Below are positions 30,601 to 38,452 of a DNA stretch of 64,000 nt, piece by piece; positions within the stretch are counted from its first letter, which is position 1, and each line of letters opens with the position of its first letter. The DNA is from Candidatus Eiseniibacteriota bacterium (GTDB taxonomy: Bacteria; Eisenbacteria; RBG-16-71-46; CAVPCR01), in the NCBI GenBank assembly GCA_963823555.1, contig CAWGMA010000001.1, positions 1,504,001 through 1,568,000 of the forward strand. The letters are read 5' to 3'. A program made the translations under genes and the position numbers. Under the pieces are notes generated by a model that worked only from the letters and a program-made list of their open reading frames with translations, was not told the origin of the DNA and did no database searches.

Positions 30601-31634
30601 GGTACTACGTGGCCTTTGCCGAGGATCCCTGTGGCAACGTGGGCGGGGCCACCGCGATCACGGGCGGCAACCTCAACTACCACCTCGGCGATGTCACCGA
30701 CGGCACGACGCCCGGCAACGGCGACAACTTCGTCGATGGCGCCGACATCTCCGCGCTGGGGACAGCCTACGGCCAGGTGGACGGCGGGCCTTTCTACCAG
30801 AACTACATCGATGTCGGACCCACCACCGATGGCTCCACGCGCGGTCGCCCGATCACCGACAACCAGATCGAGTTCGAGGACCTGATCCTCTTCGCGATCA
30901 ACTACGGGAACGTGAGCCTGAACGCCCCGGCGGGTGGTTTGGCGGACGTGCCTGACGGCAGGCCCGTACTCCTCCTCCGCACCGAGGCCACCGCCGACGG
31001 CATCCTCGCCCACCTCGTGCTCGAGGACAACGCCGGCCAGGTCAAGGGCATCCACGCCGTCCTCGAGTTCGATCCAGGGCTCAGCCTGGTCGCGGTCGAG
31101 GAGGGGGCGCTCCTCCAGGCTCAGGGCCAGCCGGTCTTCTTCCGTCACCTGGAGGAAGCCGGTGCCGGCATCCACACCGCCGTCCTCGGTAACGGCATCG
31201 GCCTCCACGGCACAGGCGATGTCGCCACGGTGCGCTTCCGGGGCCGCGGCGAGGTGCGGCTCGGCCTCGCCGACCTCCGGGATCTCGATAACCATGCCAT
31301 CGGCGATCCGCCCCAGACCACCGGCATCGAGCCGGCGGCGGTGACACCCACGCCCGAGCGCTTCGAGCTGCTCGCGGCGCAACCCAATCCCTTCAATCCG
31401 TCGACCACGCTGCGCTTCCGGCTGCCGCAGGCGGCTCACACCACGATCTCGATCTATGATGTGAGCGGGCAGCTCGTGCGCACCCTCGTTGACGGCGATC
31501 TGCAACCGGGCGAGCACACCGCCTTCTTCGATGGGCGGAACGCTCGGGGCCAGACGGTGAGCTCCGGCGTCTATCTGGTGCGCATGCGGGCCGGCAGCTT
31601 CGAGGCCACGCAGAAGCTCCATCTCCTCAAGTAG
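27621..31634 (+). CDS. Secreted modular protein B2: two beta-helix domains, cohesin-like, FN3-like (YPEYDD), dockerin-like, cohesin-like, CTD
   Basis: Signal peptide; two Asn-ladder beta-helices ending NWWG and NWWS; NYHLGDVTDGTTPGNGDNFVDGADI..DVGPTTD..DNQIEFEDLILFAINYG; CTD ends KLHLLK; AAGGAGG RBS. Confidence 0.85.
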   Translation: MQSHSRFWIPVLIMMVAVAAITLPPTSAGARVSPTEDAPGGADLDRTPVETPGDASDVKNLATGLFYDSVALALADPLTLDGHTLEVQSSYAEGLVDVNKAVTIQGLLGSEVITPTTNTGSSGDARGWFLVTVPGVTIKNLNFDGTGFLIQQAVRCLEDVVIEDCSFSNISYSLYTGIGVVGFKITTVNRCSFANIERIGIILFGLDANGFVNECTYTGKGIVDGLDYGIELGGGAIAALYNNTITNCLGVASSDGSTSAATLITTYFGLGTMGDVSHNFLNNNTAAIAAGYDAADESMVMAYENDFSGNLSYGVENTSSIRITDASANWWGTNDRTTVASLTSGTVDYTPWTDVGTDTSADPGFQPDLSTLHVDAASPQLGSSILQEAIQLVSGSTVIAGPGTYVGGINLNKSVTLLGAQSGVPACGRVVGPPNPAVESIITGGGTPLLKLLGGCAGSVIDGFAFIGGAKGIESSSGPINNVQILNNHIAGFTGSGVFLNDSGTDITVDQNNIDGSSQTGAGGIFHLDQDNFDGLHFTSNCVLNSVNGTGLFVDGNHNVGASGLRTPLIDGNQFTANNTGTNLGRFAFEFGTISNNTFSGSGFDGLQGGIQNTAITGNTFSGNGRFGLALTGFGGSSDPTRGAQNCTITGNSFTSNVSAGLLFSGSQYPGTISTNIANNNNFTGNIGPGASYSGTETLDLTCNWWSDLGGPDYSPTNPNPPGDAIVAASALFAPWLNGAAPGGSCDQYGNNTIAANTTGLCISTATTCVTVPVEFNRLDASPARAVSVTIQLSSNIELCGAITQGTWIGPYNSVFQVIDNTGGSYTVDQSILGTPCGITTGGTLFTVPVRKTTAAGDGTGTITVTAADVRDCGNPAVTLPGIAGAPASIPIDITAPAAVALTAAQDLTSNGTDGTTSIDVTVPNTVVAGDEVRVYRKGFGNYPEYDDPPSPGAVPMIPTTEAAALGTGWTLAFSTTGPYPITVPNEPTTRDFWYYVAFAEDPCGNVGGATAITGGNLNYHLGDVTDGTTPGNGDNFVDGADISALGTAYGQVDGGPFYQNYIDVGPTTDGSTRGRPITDNQIEFEDLILFAINYGNVSLNAPAGGLADVPDGRPVLLLRTEATADGILAHLVLEDNAGQVKGIHAVLEFDPGLSLVAVEEGALLQAQGQPVFFRHLEEAGAGIHTAVLGNGIGLHGTGDVATVRFRGRGEVRLGLADLRDLDNHAIGDPPQTTGIEPAAVTPTPERFELLAAQPNPFNPSTTLRFRLPQAAHTTISIYDVSGQLVRTLVDGDLQPGEHTAFFDGRNARGQTVSSGVYLVRMRAGSFEATQKLHLLK

Positions 31635-31666
31635 AACTGAGGTAGAATTGGATGAGGGTTGAGCGA

Positions 31667-31695
31667 GGCCGGGGCGCCACCAGGGCGCCCCGGCC
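31667..31695 (+). terminator. Intergenic stem-loop after B2, without a U-tract
   Basis: GGCCGGGGCGCC-accag-GGCGCCCCGGCC, 12-bp perfect stem. Confidence 0.55.
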
Positions 31696-31735
31696 CGCCT
31701 CCCAGAACCGATCACCGCTTCACGAAGGGGTCGCC

Positions 31736-32572
31736 ATGCGGACTTCCTCGACTGCCGCCATCCTCCTTGCCACGTTCGTCCTCGTGCTCTCCGCCTCGGC
31801 AACGGCGCAACCGGCGGACTTCAACGCCTTCCTGCTGCCCGAGCTGAGCACGATCGACGTCGGGGACACTGTGTTCGTCCGCTTCGAAGTGGATGCGACG
31901 GCGATGGAGTTCAACGGCTATGAAGTGACGATCCAGTACGACCCCACGATCGTCGACTTCCTGCCGCCAGTGATCGAGGGTCCGCTCATGACCGGCGCTT
32001 GCGGGAACACCTTCAAGTCGCTCACGCAGACCGATTCGACGCTCACCTACGCGCACGTGATCCTCTGCGCCGGGGTTGCTCTCAACGGCCCGGGCCTGCT
32101 CTCCACCTACCGATTCCAGGGTCTCGCCAACGGGGTGAGCCCGGTCACGATCATCAGCGATCCCGATCGCACGTTCGCCAATGCGGGGATATGGATCAGC
32201 CCCGGTCACCCCACCTTCCCGCGGCAGGTGATCTTCCATAACGCGGAAATCCGGGTCGGCCCGCAGTCCGGCATCGACTCGGGCGCCGTGCCACCGCCTA
32301 CCTTCCATCTCGGGCAGAACGCGCCGAATCCGTTTCGATCGCTCACCACCATCCCCTTCGAGCTCGCAGCCGATGGTGAGGTCACCTTCGAGATCTTCGA
32401 TGTTCTGGGCCGCCGCGTGTGGTCGGATGCGTGGACCCTCACGGCGGGGACCCACACCCTGCGCTGGGATGGAGTCAGTTCCAGCGCCTCAACGCTTCCC
32501 AACGGCGTCTACCTCTACCGGTTGACGTCCGCGACCGGGAGCGAGAGCCGCCGTCTCGTCCTCACCCGCTAA
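31736..32572 (+). CDS. Second secreted single-cohesin protein with FlgD/T9SS-type CTD
   Basis: Signal peptide; VGDTVFVRFEV..FNGYEVTIQYDPTIVDF..EGPLM..NGPGLLSTYRFQG; CTD QNAPNPF..IFDVLGR..WDG..GVYLYRL..RLVLTR. Confidence 0.8.
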   Translation: MRTSSTAAILLATFVLVLSASATAQPADFNAFLLPELSTIDVGDTVFVRFEVDATAMEFNGYEVTIQYDPTIVDFLPPVIEGPLMTGACGNTFKSLTQTDSTLTYAHVILCAGVALNGPGLLSTYRFQGLANGVSPVTIISDPDRTFANAGIWISPGHPTFPRQVIFHNAEIRVGPQSGIDSGAVPPPTFHLGQNAPNPFRSLTTIPFELAADGEVTFEIFDVLGRRVWSDAWTLTAGTHTLRWDGVSSSASTLPNGVYLYRLTSATGSESRRLVLTR

Positions 32573-32704
32573 AGGTGAGCGCCGACGGCGACTGACTTTC
32601 GTATCACGTCGAGGTCTGCTTGCCAGTTCCCCCCAACGAGGCAAGAGATCAACTAGCTGCTAGCGCAGCAGGCCTTGCAGCACGTCCCGGATAGGAGCGC
32701 GACC

Positions 32705-35700
32705 ATGTCGTGGTCAAAAGGGACTTCCGCACGGTCTCACCTCGCAGTAGCCGTACTTACCGCTTGTTTTGGACTCGCAGGCGCTGCCCCAACTCACGCT
32801 TTGCCCTTCGATAGCATGCCTCTGCAACCGGTTTCGGTCTCCGCAACGACGGGAGAGAAACCGCAATCGAAGGTCTGGTCCCACGGCGGCCAGTGGTGGT
32901 GCGTGCTCCCCGATGGCAGTGGCAGCTGGCTCAGGCGTCTCGACGGCGACACCTGGACCGACGTGCTCCAGCTCTCGACCAACACGGGGACCAAGGCGGA
33001 TGTGAAGGCTGTCGGCGATGACGCCCACGTGCTCCTCTTCGCAGGAGCAACCTCGCAACTCGTCTCCCTGCACTATGGGGCAAATACCTACTCCATCAGC
33101 AGTGGCCCGACGTCGATCACGCTCGACAGTGGTGTGGAGATCGCCACCATCGACATAGACTCGACCGGCCGCATGTGGCTGGCCTCGGATGGCACGACCA
33201 CCATCAACGTCCGCTACAGTGATCCCCCGTACACAGCATGGAGTGGTCCAGAGACCATCGCCACCGGCGTCAGCACCGACGACATCTCGGTCGTCGTCGC
33301 GCTGCCGGCGGAACTGAGCGTGGGTGTCCTCTGGTCGAATCAGGCAACCCGGCGCTTCGGCTTCCGTGTTCACCCGGATGGTTCCCCACCCTCTATCTGG
33401 GGGGACGACGAAGTTCCGGCCTCGCAGTCCGCACAGAACGTCGGGTTGGGCATGGCCGACGATCACCTCAATGTCGCCGTGGCCTCGGACGCCACACTGT
33501 ACGCCGCAGTCAAGACCAGCTATGACACGGCAGGCTATCCCCGCGTGGCGCTCCTCGTCCGCCGGTCCAACGGCCCCGCTCCCGGATCGTGGGACGACCT
33601 CTACAGCGTGGATGAAGCCGGAACCCGCGGCATCGTGCTCCTGGATGAGATCACCGATGTGGTCACGGTCGTCTACACCTCGACCGAGGGTCTCAATGAC
33701 ATCGTCTTCAAGGAGTCTCCAACCTCCGCCATCTCGTTCGGCGCTCGCAGCACGCTCATCGCCGGGTCCAACAACGACGTCACGAGCACCAAGCAGAACA
33801 TCGTCGGCGAGGTGGTTCTCCTCGCCTCGACGGCCACCACGGCGACCGGCGTCCTCCGCTCGAACGCCGCACTCGCCGGGCACTGGCCCATGGACGAGAC
33901 CGGAGGACTTCAAATCCTGGACGTCTCCGGCAATGGCAACGACGGGATTGTCGTCGGCGCACCGGCCAGGGTACCGGGCATCCAGGGTCTGGCCCTCGAT
34001 TTCAATGGCTCGAGCCAGTACGCGACTATCGCACCCGACCCGACGCTCGATATCACCGGGGAGATCACCGTGGCCTGCTGGGTCTATCCCCGCGTTGTCA
34101 ACACCCAGAACCTGATCAAGAAGGCCATCAACGGCAACACCAACGGCTACGAACTGTCACTGGCCTCCTCCACATCCGGATCCGGCCCCAGCAAGTTCTT
34201 CTTCCGTTTCAACCAGCAGTCGAGCGGCGATACCTATCGTGTCAACTCGACGACCAACTATCCCCTGAACACCTGGACTCACATCGCCGGAACCTATGAC
34301 GGCTCGGTGATGCGCCTCTACGTGAACGGCGTGCTCAACAACTCGGTCACCGGCCCGGCTGCGATCGCGAGCAACACGCTTGCGGTCTGCTTTGCGGCTC
34401 AGCCGGATGCCGGGGCCAGCTTCAAGCTCAACGGTCGCATGGATGATGCGCGCATCTTCTCCCGCGCGCTCTCCGCAACGGAGATCGCGGCACTGGCCGA
34501 CGCCGCTCCTCCCACAGTGGCGCTTCTCGCTCCCAACGGTGGTGAGATCTGGCCTGTCGGATCGAGTCAGACCATCTCCTGGACCGCAACCGACATCATC
34601 GGCGTGACGGCCATCGACATCGAATATTCGACCGACTCCGGCGCGAGCTGGGATGTCGTGGCGACGGGTCTGGCTAACAGTGGCACTTTCGCCTGGACCG
34701 TACCAACGACGCCCACGCCGGCAGCCCGGGTCCGAGTCGCCGCGTATGACGCCGCCGGATCCACGACGAGCGACGCGAGTGATACCGACTTCGAGATCCA
34801 GGCCGGTGGCGCTCCGGTGGTCGCCTTGGACGCCCCCAATGGCGGCGAGCTCTGGCCGGTCGGGGCCACCCGCAACATCACCTGGACGGCATCGGACGAC
34901 CAGGGCGTCACCGCCATCGATCTCGAGCTTTCGACCGACAGCGGGTCCTCATGGTCCGACATCGCGGTCGGGCTGGCGAACACCGGCACCTACGCCTGGC
35001 TCGTCCCAACCACTCCGACTAGGGCAGCGCTCGTTCGCGTCACAGCTCATGACGCCGATTTGAACAGCACGAGCGATACGAGCGACGCCGTCTTCGCCAT
35101 CGCCGATCTCGCATCCCCTCTCGCCTACTGGCCATTCGAAGAAGGTGGCGGGCCGGAGATCCTCGATGCTTCCGCTCTCGGCAACGACGGCACCCTCTAC
35201 GGTAGCCCGAGCTGGGCAACCGGCGTCAGAGGGCAATCCCTCGTCTTGAACGGCTCGACCCAGTACGCGCTCGTTCCCGATAACCCGAGCCTCGACCTGA
35301 CCACCGGGATCACGCTGGCCTGCTGGGTCAAGCCCGGACGCGTCGGAACCCAGTACGTCATCAAGAAGGCCATCATCGATGGTGGACCGGGAAGCGATGG
35401 CTACGAACTCTCCCTGGCGACAACCGGGGTCGCCTTTGTCCGCTTCAACCAGGTAGCGTACGCCAACACGTATCGCATCAACGCCACGACGCCCTACCCG
35501 ACCGACGGCACGTGGATGCACCTGGCGGCCACCTTCGACGGGACGGCGATCCGCCTCTATGTCAACGGGACGCAGGAAGGTGCGACGTTGAACATGCCGG
35601 TTCCGATCACCATCAACACCTTGCCACTGGGGATCGGCGCCCAGAGCAACGGGACCACCCCCTTCCAGGGGGCCATGGATGAGGCGCGGGTCTACGGCCG

Positions 35701-38107
35701 AGCGCTCAGCCCGACCGAGGTTCGCATCCTCGCTGATATCACGCCGCCGACCATCACCCTCTCGAGCCCCAACGGCGGCGAGGTATGGCTGGCCGGATCG
35801 ACCCAGGCCATCACCTGGACGGCCGCCGACGACGTGGAACTCGACACCATCGCCCTCGACTTCTCGACCGATGGCGCCTCCTGGTCGTCCATCGCATCCG
35901 GTCTCGCCAACTCCGGTTCATACGACTGGGTCGTGCCTGCCGTGCCGAGCACGACCGTGCGTGTCCGGGCCACGGCCCGGGACGCGGCGACCAACAGCGC
36001 GAGCGATCAGAGCGACGCCGATTTCGAGATCCGGACCGAGTTGCTGCCCGATCTGGCCATCACCCCTTCCCCGCTCGATTTCGGTCCGGTGGTGATCGGC
36101 AGCACGGCCTCGCAGGAGCTGACCTTGACTCACATGGGCGAGATCGATGATCCTCCGATCGAGTTGACCGCCCTCACCCTCGGCGGCTCACCGGCCTACT
36201 CCATTCCGGCGTCTCCGACGCTTCCACTCCTCATCCCACCTCAGGGTTCGGTCGTCCTGACCCTCCAGTTCGCCCCCCTGGATCCCATCGCACATGCCGG
36301 GAACCTCGAGGCGACTCATGACGGCAACAACACCCCGCTCAACGTGGCGCTGCTGGGACAAGGCGTTACCGGAGTGGTGGCTGCTCGTGCCGACGATTGC
36401 ATCACGGCGACTGATCCGTGCCTTTCGGTCGCCGTCGAATACGAGCGCGTCGACGCGATACCGGCTCGGGGCGCTTCCATCCATATCCAGCTCAGCCCCG
36501 AGCTCGAGCTCTGCACACCGGATGATCCGGGACTGAGCATCCTCCAGGGATCATGGCTCGCGAGCTATGCCTCTACCTTCCAGGTCGGTGATCTTGGTGG
36601 AGGCCTGTACATCGTGGACCAGGCCATCCTCGGATCGCCCTGCGGCGCTACGGGAGGCGGTACCCTGTTCACGATCGACGTGAGAGGAACCGTCGCCGAC
36701 GGATCAGGCACGATCGCTGTCGGCAGTGTCGTCGTCCGCGACTGTGTCAATCAGCCAATCGTGACCACCGCCGGCCCAGATGCCGAGGTGGTCATCGATT
36801 CGACCGTACCCGCCCCGGTGGACGACCTTCTCGCCACACAGGTACGGGACGCCAATGAGGGCGACGGGACGACGCAGATCCTGGTGGAATTCACCGTGCC
36901 GGGGGGAACCGACTCGGTCGAGGTCTGGCGGGCTCCTTTCGGCGACTATCCGGAGTACGACGATGGCCTGGGCTCGGTCCCTGCGGTCCCCTCGTACCCC
37001 CCGCCATCTCCCTGGGAGCACACGACGGTGCCGACCGGGGGCGGAACGGACGAGCCACCGACGCGGGACTTCTGGTACTACGTGGCCTTCGCGCGCGATG
37101 CATGCGGCAACATCTCGCCTGTATCGGAGACGACAGGCGGGACTCTCAATTACCATCTCGGTGACGTCACGGATGGCACGAGCCCCGGCAGCGGCGACAA
37201 CCTGGTCACAGCGGTCGATGTCACGCTGCTCGGAAACCACTACGGCGAGGTTTCCACCGACCCGGAATGGCTCAACTATCTCGACGTGGGGCCAACCACG
37301 GACTACTCCGTCCACTCTCGACCGACAACCGACAATGCAGTCGGCTTCGAAGACCTCATGCTCTTCGCAGTCAACTTTGGCCAGGTCGGTCTTGCTGCGA
37401 GTCCATCAGAGATCGCCGACGCTCCGCCGCCGCCGCCGCAACTGGTTCTGCGTACAGAAGTCACTCCAGGCGGCCTCATCGCCCACCTCTTCCTTGAAGA
37501 AAACAGCGGGCAAGTGAAGGGCATTCATGCGGTTGTGGATTTCGATCTCGCCTCACTCGTCCTGGAACGGGTTCACGAGGGCTCGCTCCTCGCCGGTCAG
37601 GGCAACCCGATCTTCTTCACCCATCGCAACGAGGAGGGGGTGGGCATCCATGCGGCCATTCTCGGCGCCGATGTCACCCTACAGGGATCGGGAGAGATCG
37701 CGACCCTCTTCTTCCGCGGCCAGGGCGCGATGCACATCCGGCAGGCGGATCTGCGCGACGCTCGGAACGGCTTCCTGGGCGCCCCGCCGACCTCGACTGG
37801 GGTCGAAGCGCCAACGGCTCCCACCCCCACTCGCTTCGAGCTCCTGGGGGCGCAACCCAATCCCTTCAATCCCACGACGACGTTCCGCTTCCTGCTTCCC
37901 GAAGCAGCTTCCGCCGAACTCCTGATCTACGATGTGGCCGGCAAACTAGTACGCACGGTGTTGCAGGCCGAACTGGCCCCCGGCGAATACCTCGCCACCT
38001 GGGATGGCCGGAATGACCGCGGGCGGGCCGTGACCTCCGGCGTCTACCTCCTCCACCTGCGGGCCGGGAACAGGGAAGCTACGCGGAAGCTCCAGCTAGT
38101 CAAGTAA
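32705..38107 (+). CDS. Secreted modular protein B3: beta-rich N-domain, 2 LamG, 3 PNGGE Ig-like repeats, ASH-like Ig domain, cohesin-like, FN3-like (YPEYDD), dockerin-like, cohesin-like, CTD
   Basis: LamG motifs WTHIAGTYDGSVMRLYVNG..GRMDDARIFSRALS and WMHLAATFDG..MDEARVYGRALS; three PNGGExW repeats; LDFGPVVIG; NYHLGDVTDG..DNAVGFEDL; ends KLQLVK; AGGAG RBS. Confidence 0.85.
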   Translation: MSWSKGTSARSHLAVAVLTACFGLAGAAPTHALPFDSMPLQPVSVSATTGEKPQSKVWSHGGQWWCVLPDGSGSWLRRLDGDTWTDVLQLSTNTGTKADVKAVGDDAHVLLFAGATSQLVSLHYGANTYSISSGPTSITLDSGVEIATIDIDSTGRMWLASDGTTTINVRYSDPPYTAWSGPETIATGVSTDDISVVVALPAELSVGVLWSNQATRRFGFRVHPDGSPPSIWGDDEVPASQSAQNVGLGMADDHLNVAVASDATLYAAVKTSYDTAGYPRVALLVRRSNGPAPGSWDDLYSVDEAGTRGIVLLDEITDVVTVVYTSTEGLNDIVFKESPTSAISFGARSTLIAGSNNDVTSTKQNIVGEVVLLASTATTATGVLRSNAALAGHWPMDETGGLQILDVSGNGNDGIVVGAPARVPGIQGLALDFNGSSQYATIAPDPTLDITGEITVACWVYPRVVNTQNLIKKAINGNTNGYELSLASSTSGSGPSKFFFRFNQQSSGDTYRVNSTTNYPLNTWTHIAGTYDGSVMRLYVNGVLNNSVTGPAAIASNTLAVCFAAQPDAGASFKLNGRMDDARIFSRALSATEIAALADAAPPTVALLAPNGGEIWPVGSSQTISWTATDIIGVTAIDIEYSTDSGASWDVVATGLANSGTFAWTVPTTPTPAARVRVAAYDAAGSTTSDASDTDFEIQAGGAPVVALDAPNGGELWPVGATRNITWTASDDQGVTAIDLELSTDSGSSWSDIAVGLANTGTYAWLVPTTPTRAALVRVTAHDADLNSTSDTSDAVFAIADLASPLAYWPFEEGGGPEILDASALGNDGTLYGSPSWATGVRGQSLVLNGSTQYALVPDNPSLDLTTGITLACWVKPGRVGTQYVIKKAIIDGGPGSDGYELSLATTGVAFVRFNQVAYANTYRINATTPYPTDGTWMHLAATFDGTAIRLYVNGTQEGATLNMPVPITINTLPLGIGAQSNGTTPFQGAMDEARVYGRALSPTEVRILADITPPTITLSSPNGGEVWLAGSTQAITWTAADDVELDTIALDFSTDGASWSSIASGLANSGSYDWVVPAVPSTTVRVRATARDAATNSASDQSDADFEIRTELLPDLAITPSPLDFGPVVIGSTASQELTLTHMGEIDDPPIELTALTLGGSPAYSIPASPTLPLLIPPQGSVVLTLQFAPLDPIAHAGNLEATHDGNNTPLNVALLGQGVTGVVAARADDCITATDPCLSVAVEYERVDAIPARGASIHIQLSPELELCTPDDPGLSILQGSWLASYASTFQVGDLGGGLYIVDQAILGSPCGATGGGTLFTIDVRGTVADGSGTIAVGSVVVRDCVNQPIVTTAGPDAEVVIDSTVPAPVDDLLATQVRDANEGDGTTQILVEFTVPGGTDSVEVWRAPFGDYPEYDDGLGSVPAVPSYPPPSPWEHTTVPTGGGTDEPPTRDFWYYVAFARDACGNISPVSETTGGTLNYHLGDVTDGTSPGSGDNLVTAVDVTLLGNHYGEVSTDPEWLNYLDVGPTTDYSVHSRPTTDNAVGFEDLMLFAVNFGQVGLAASPSEIADAPPPPPQLVLRTEVTPGGLIAHLFLEENSGQVKGIHAVVDFDLASLVLERVHEGSLLAGQGNPIFFTHRNEEGVGIHAAILGADVTLQGSGEIATLFFRGQGAMHIRQADLRDARNGFLGAPPTSTGVEAPTAPTPTRFELLGAQPNPFNPTTTFRFLLPEAASAELLIYDVAGKLVRTVLQAELAPGEYLATWDGRNDRGRAVTSGVYLLHLRAGNREATRKLQLVK

Positions 38108-38146
38108 CGCGCTGTAGACAGCTTGGGATAGGCCCGGGCTGCAGCA

Positions 38147-38178
38147 AGGGCCCGGGGTGCCAAGGCACCCCGGGCCCT
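38147..38178. terminator. Long GC-rich hairpin between convergent transcription units
   Basis: AGGGCCCGGGGTGCC-aa-GGCACCCCGGGCCCT, perfect 15-bp inverted repeat. Confidence 0.7.
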
Positions 38179-38198
38179 CACAGTTCTGTCTCTCCGAT

Positions 38199-38440
38199 TC
38201 AACGCTCGAGCTTGAGCAGGCGCAGAACCACTGCCTGCCCTCCGCTCGACAGTTCACAGAAGTACACGCCCGGCAAGTGGCGACTCATTCGCGATTCCGG
38301 CCGCCATCAGCCCATGGGGTCCGTGCCCATTCGGATTCACGCCATGGCAGACCCGGCAGTCCCGCAATGTACCCGCCACCCCTTGCAGTGCCATCACTTG
38401 CCTGTTGTCACGTTCCTCTCTCGTTGCGGTCCAGGTCGCG
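38199..38440 (-). pseudogene. Relic of a c-type cytochrome gene that ended in a FlgD/T9SS-type CTD
   Basis: One frame reads REERDNRQVMALQGVAGTLRDCRVCHGVNPNGHGPHG (CxxCH at 38344-38358); a shifted frame reads LPGVYFCELSSGGQAVVLRLLKLER* (CTD end); no credible start or N-terminus. Confidence 0.55.
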
Positions 38441-38452
38441 CAGGAACGGTGC

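Noticed and set aside
26865..31634. Diversity-generating retroelement template/variable repeat pair
   Set aside because: Both copies are coding, differences are mostly synonymous rather than adenine-specific, and no reverse transcriptase is present
28965..31802. 945-aa minus-strand ORF, and similar long antisense ORFs (17198..19249, 47507..49390, 58997..60838)
   Set aside because: High-GC shadow frames opposite well-supported genes
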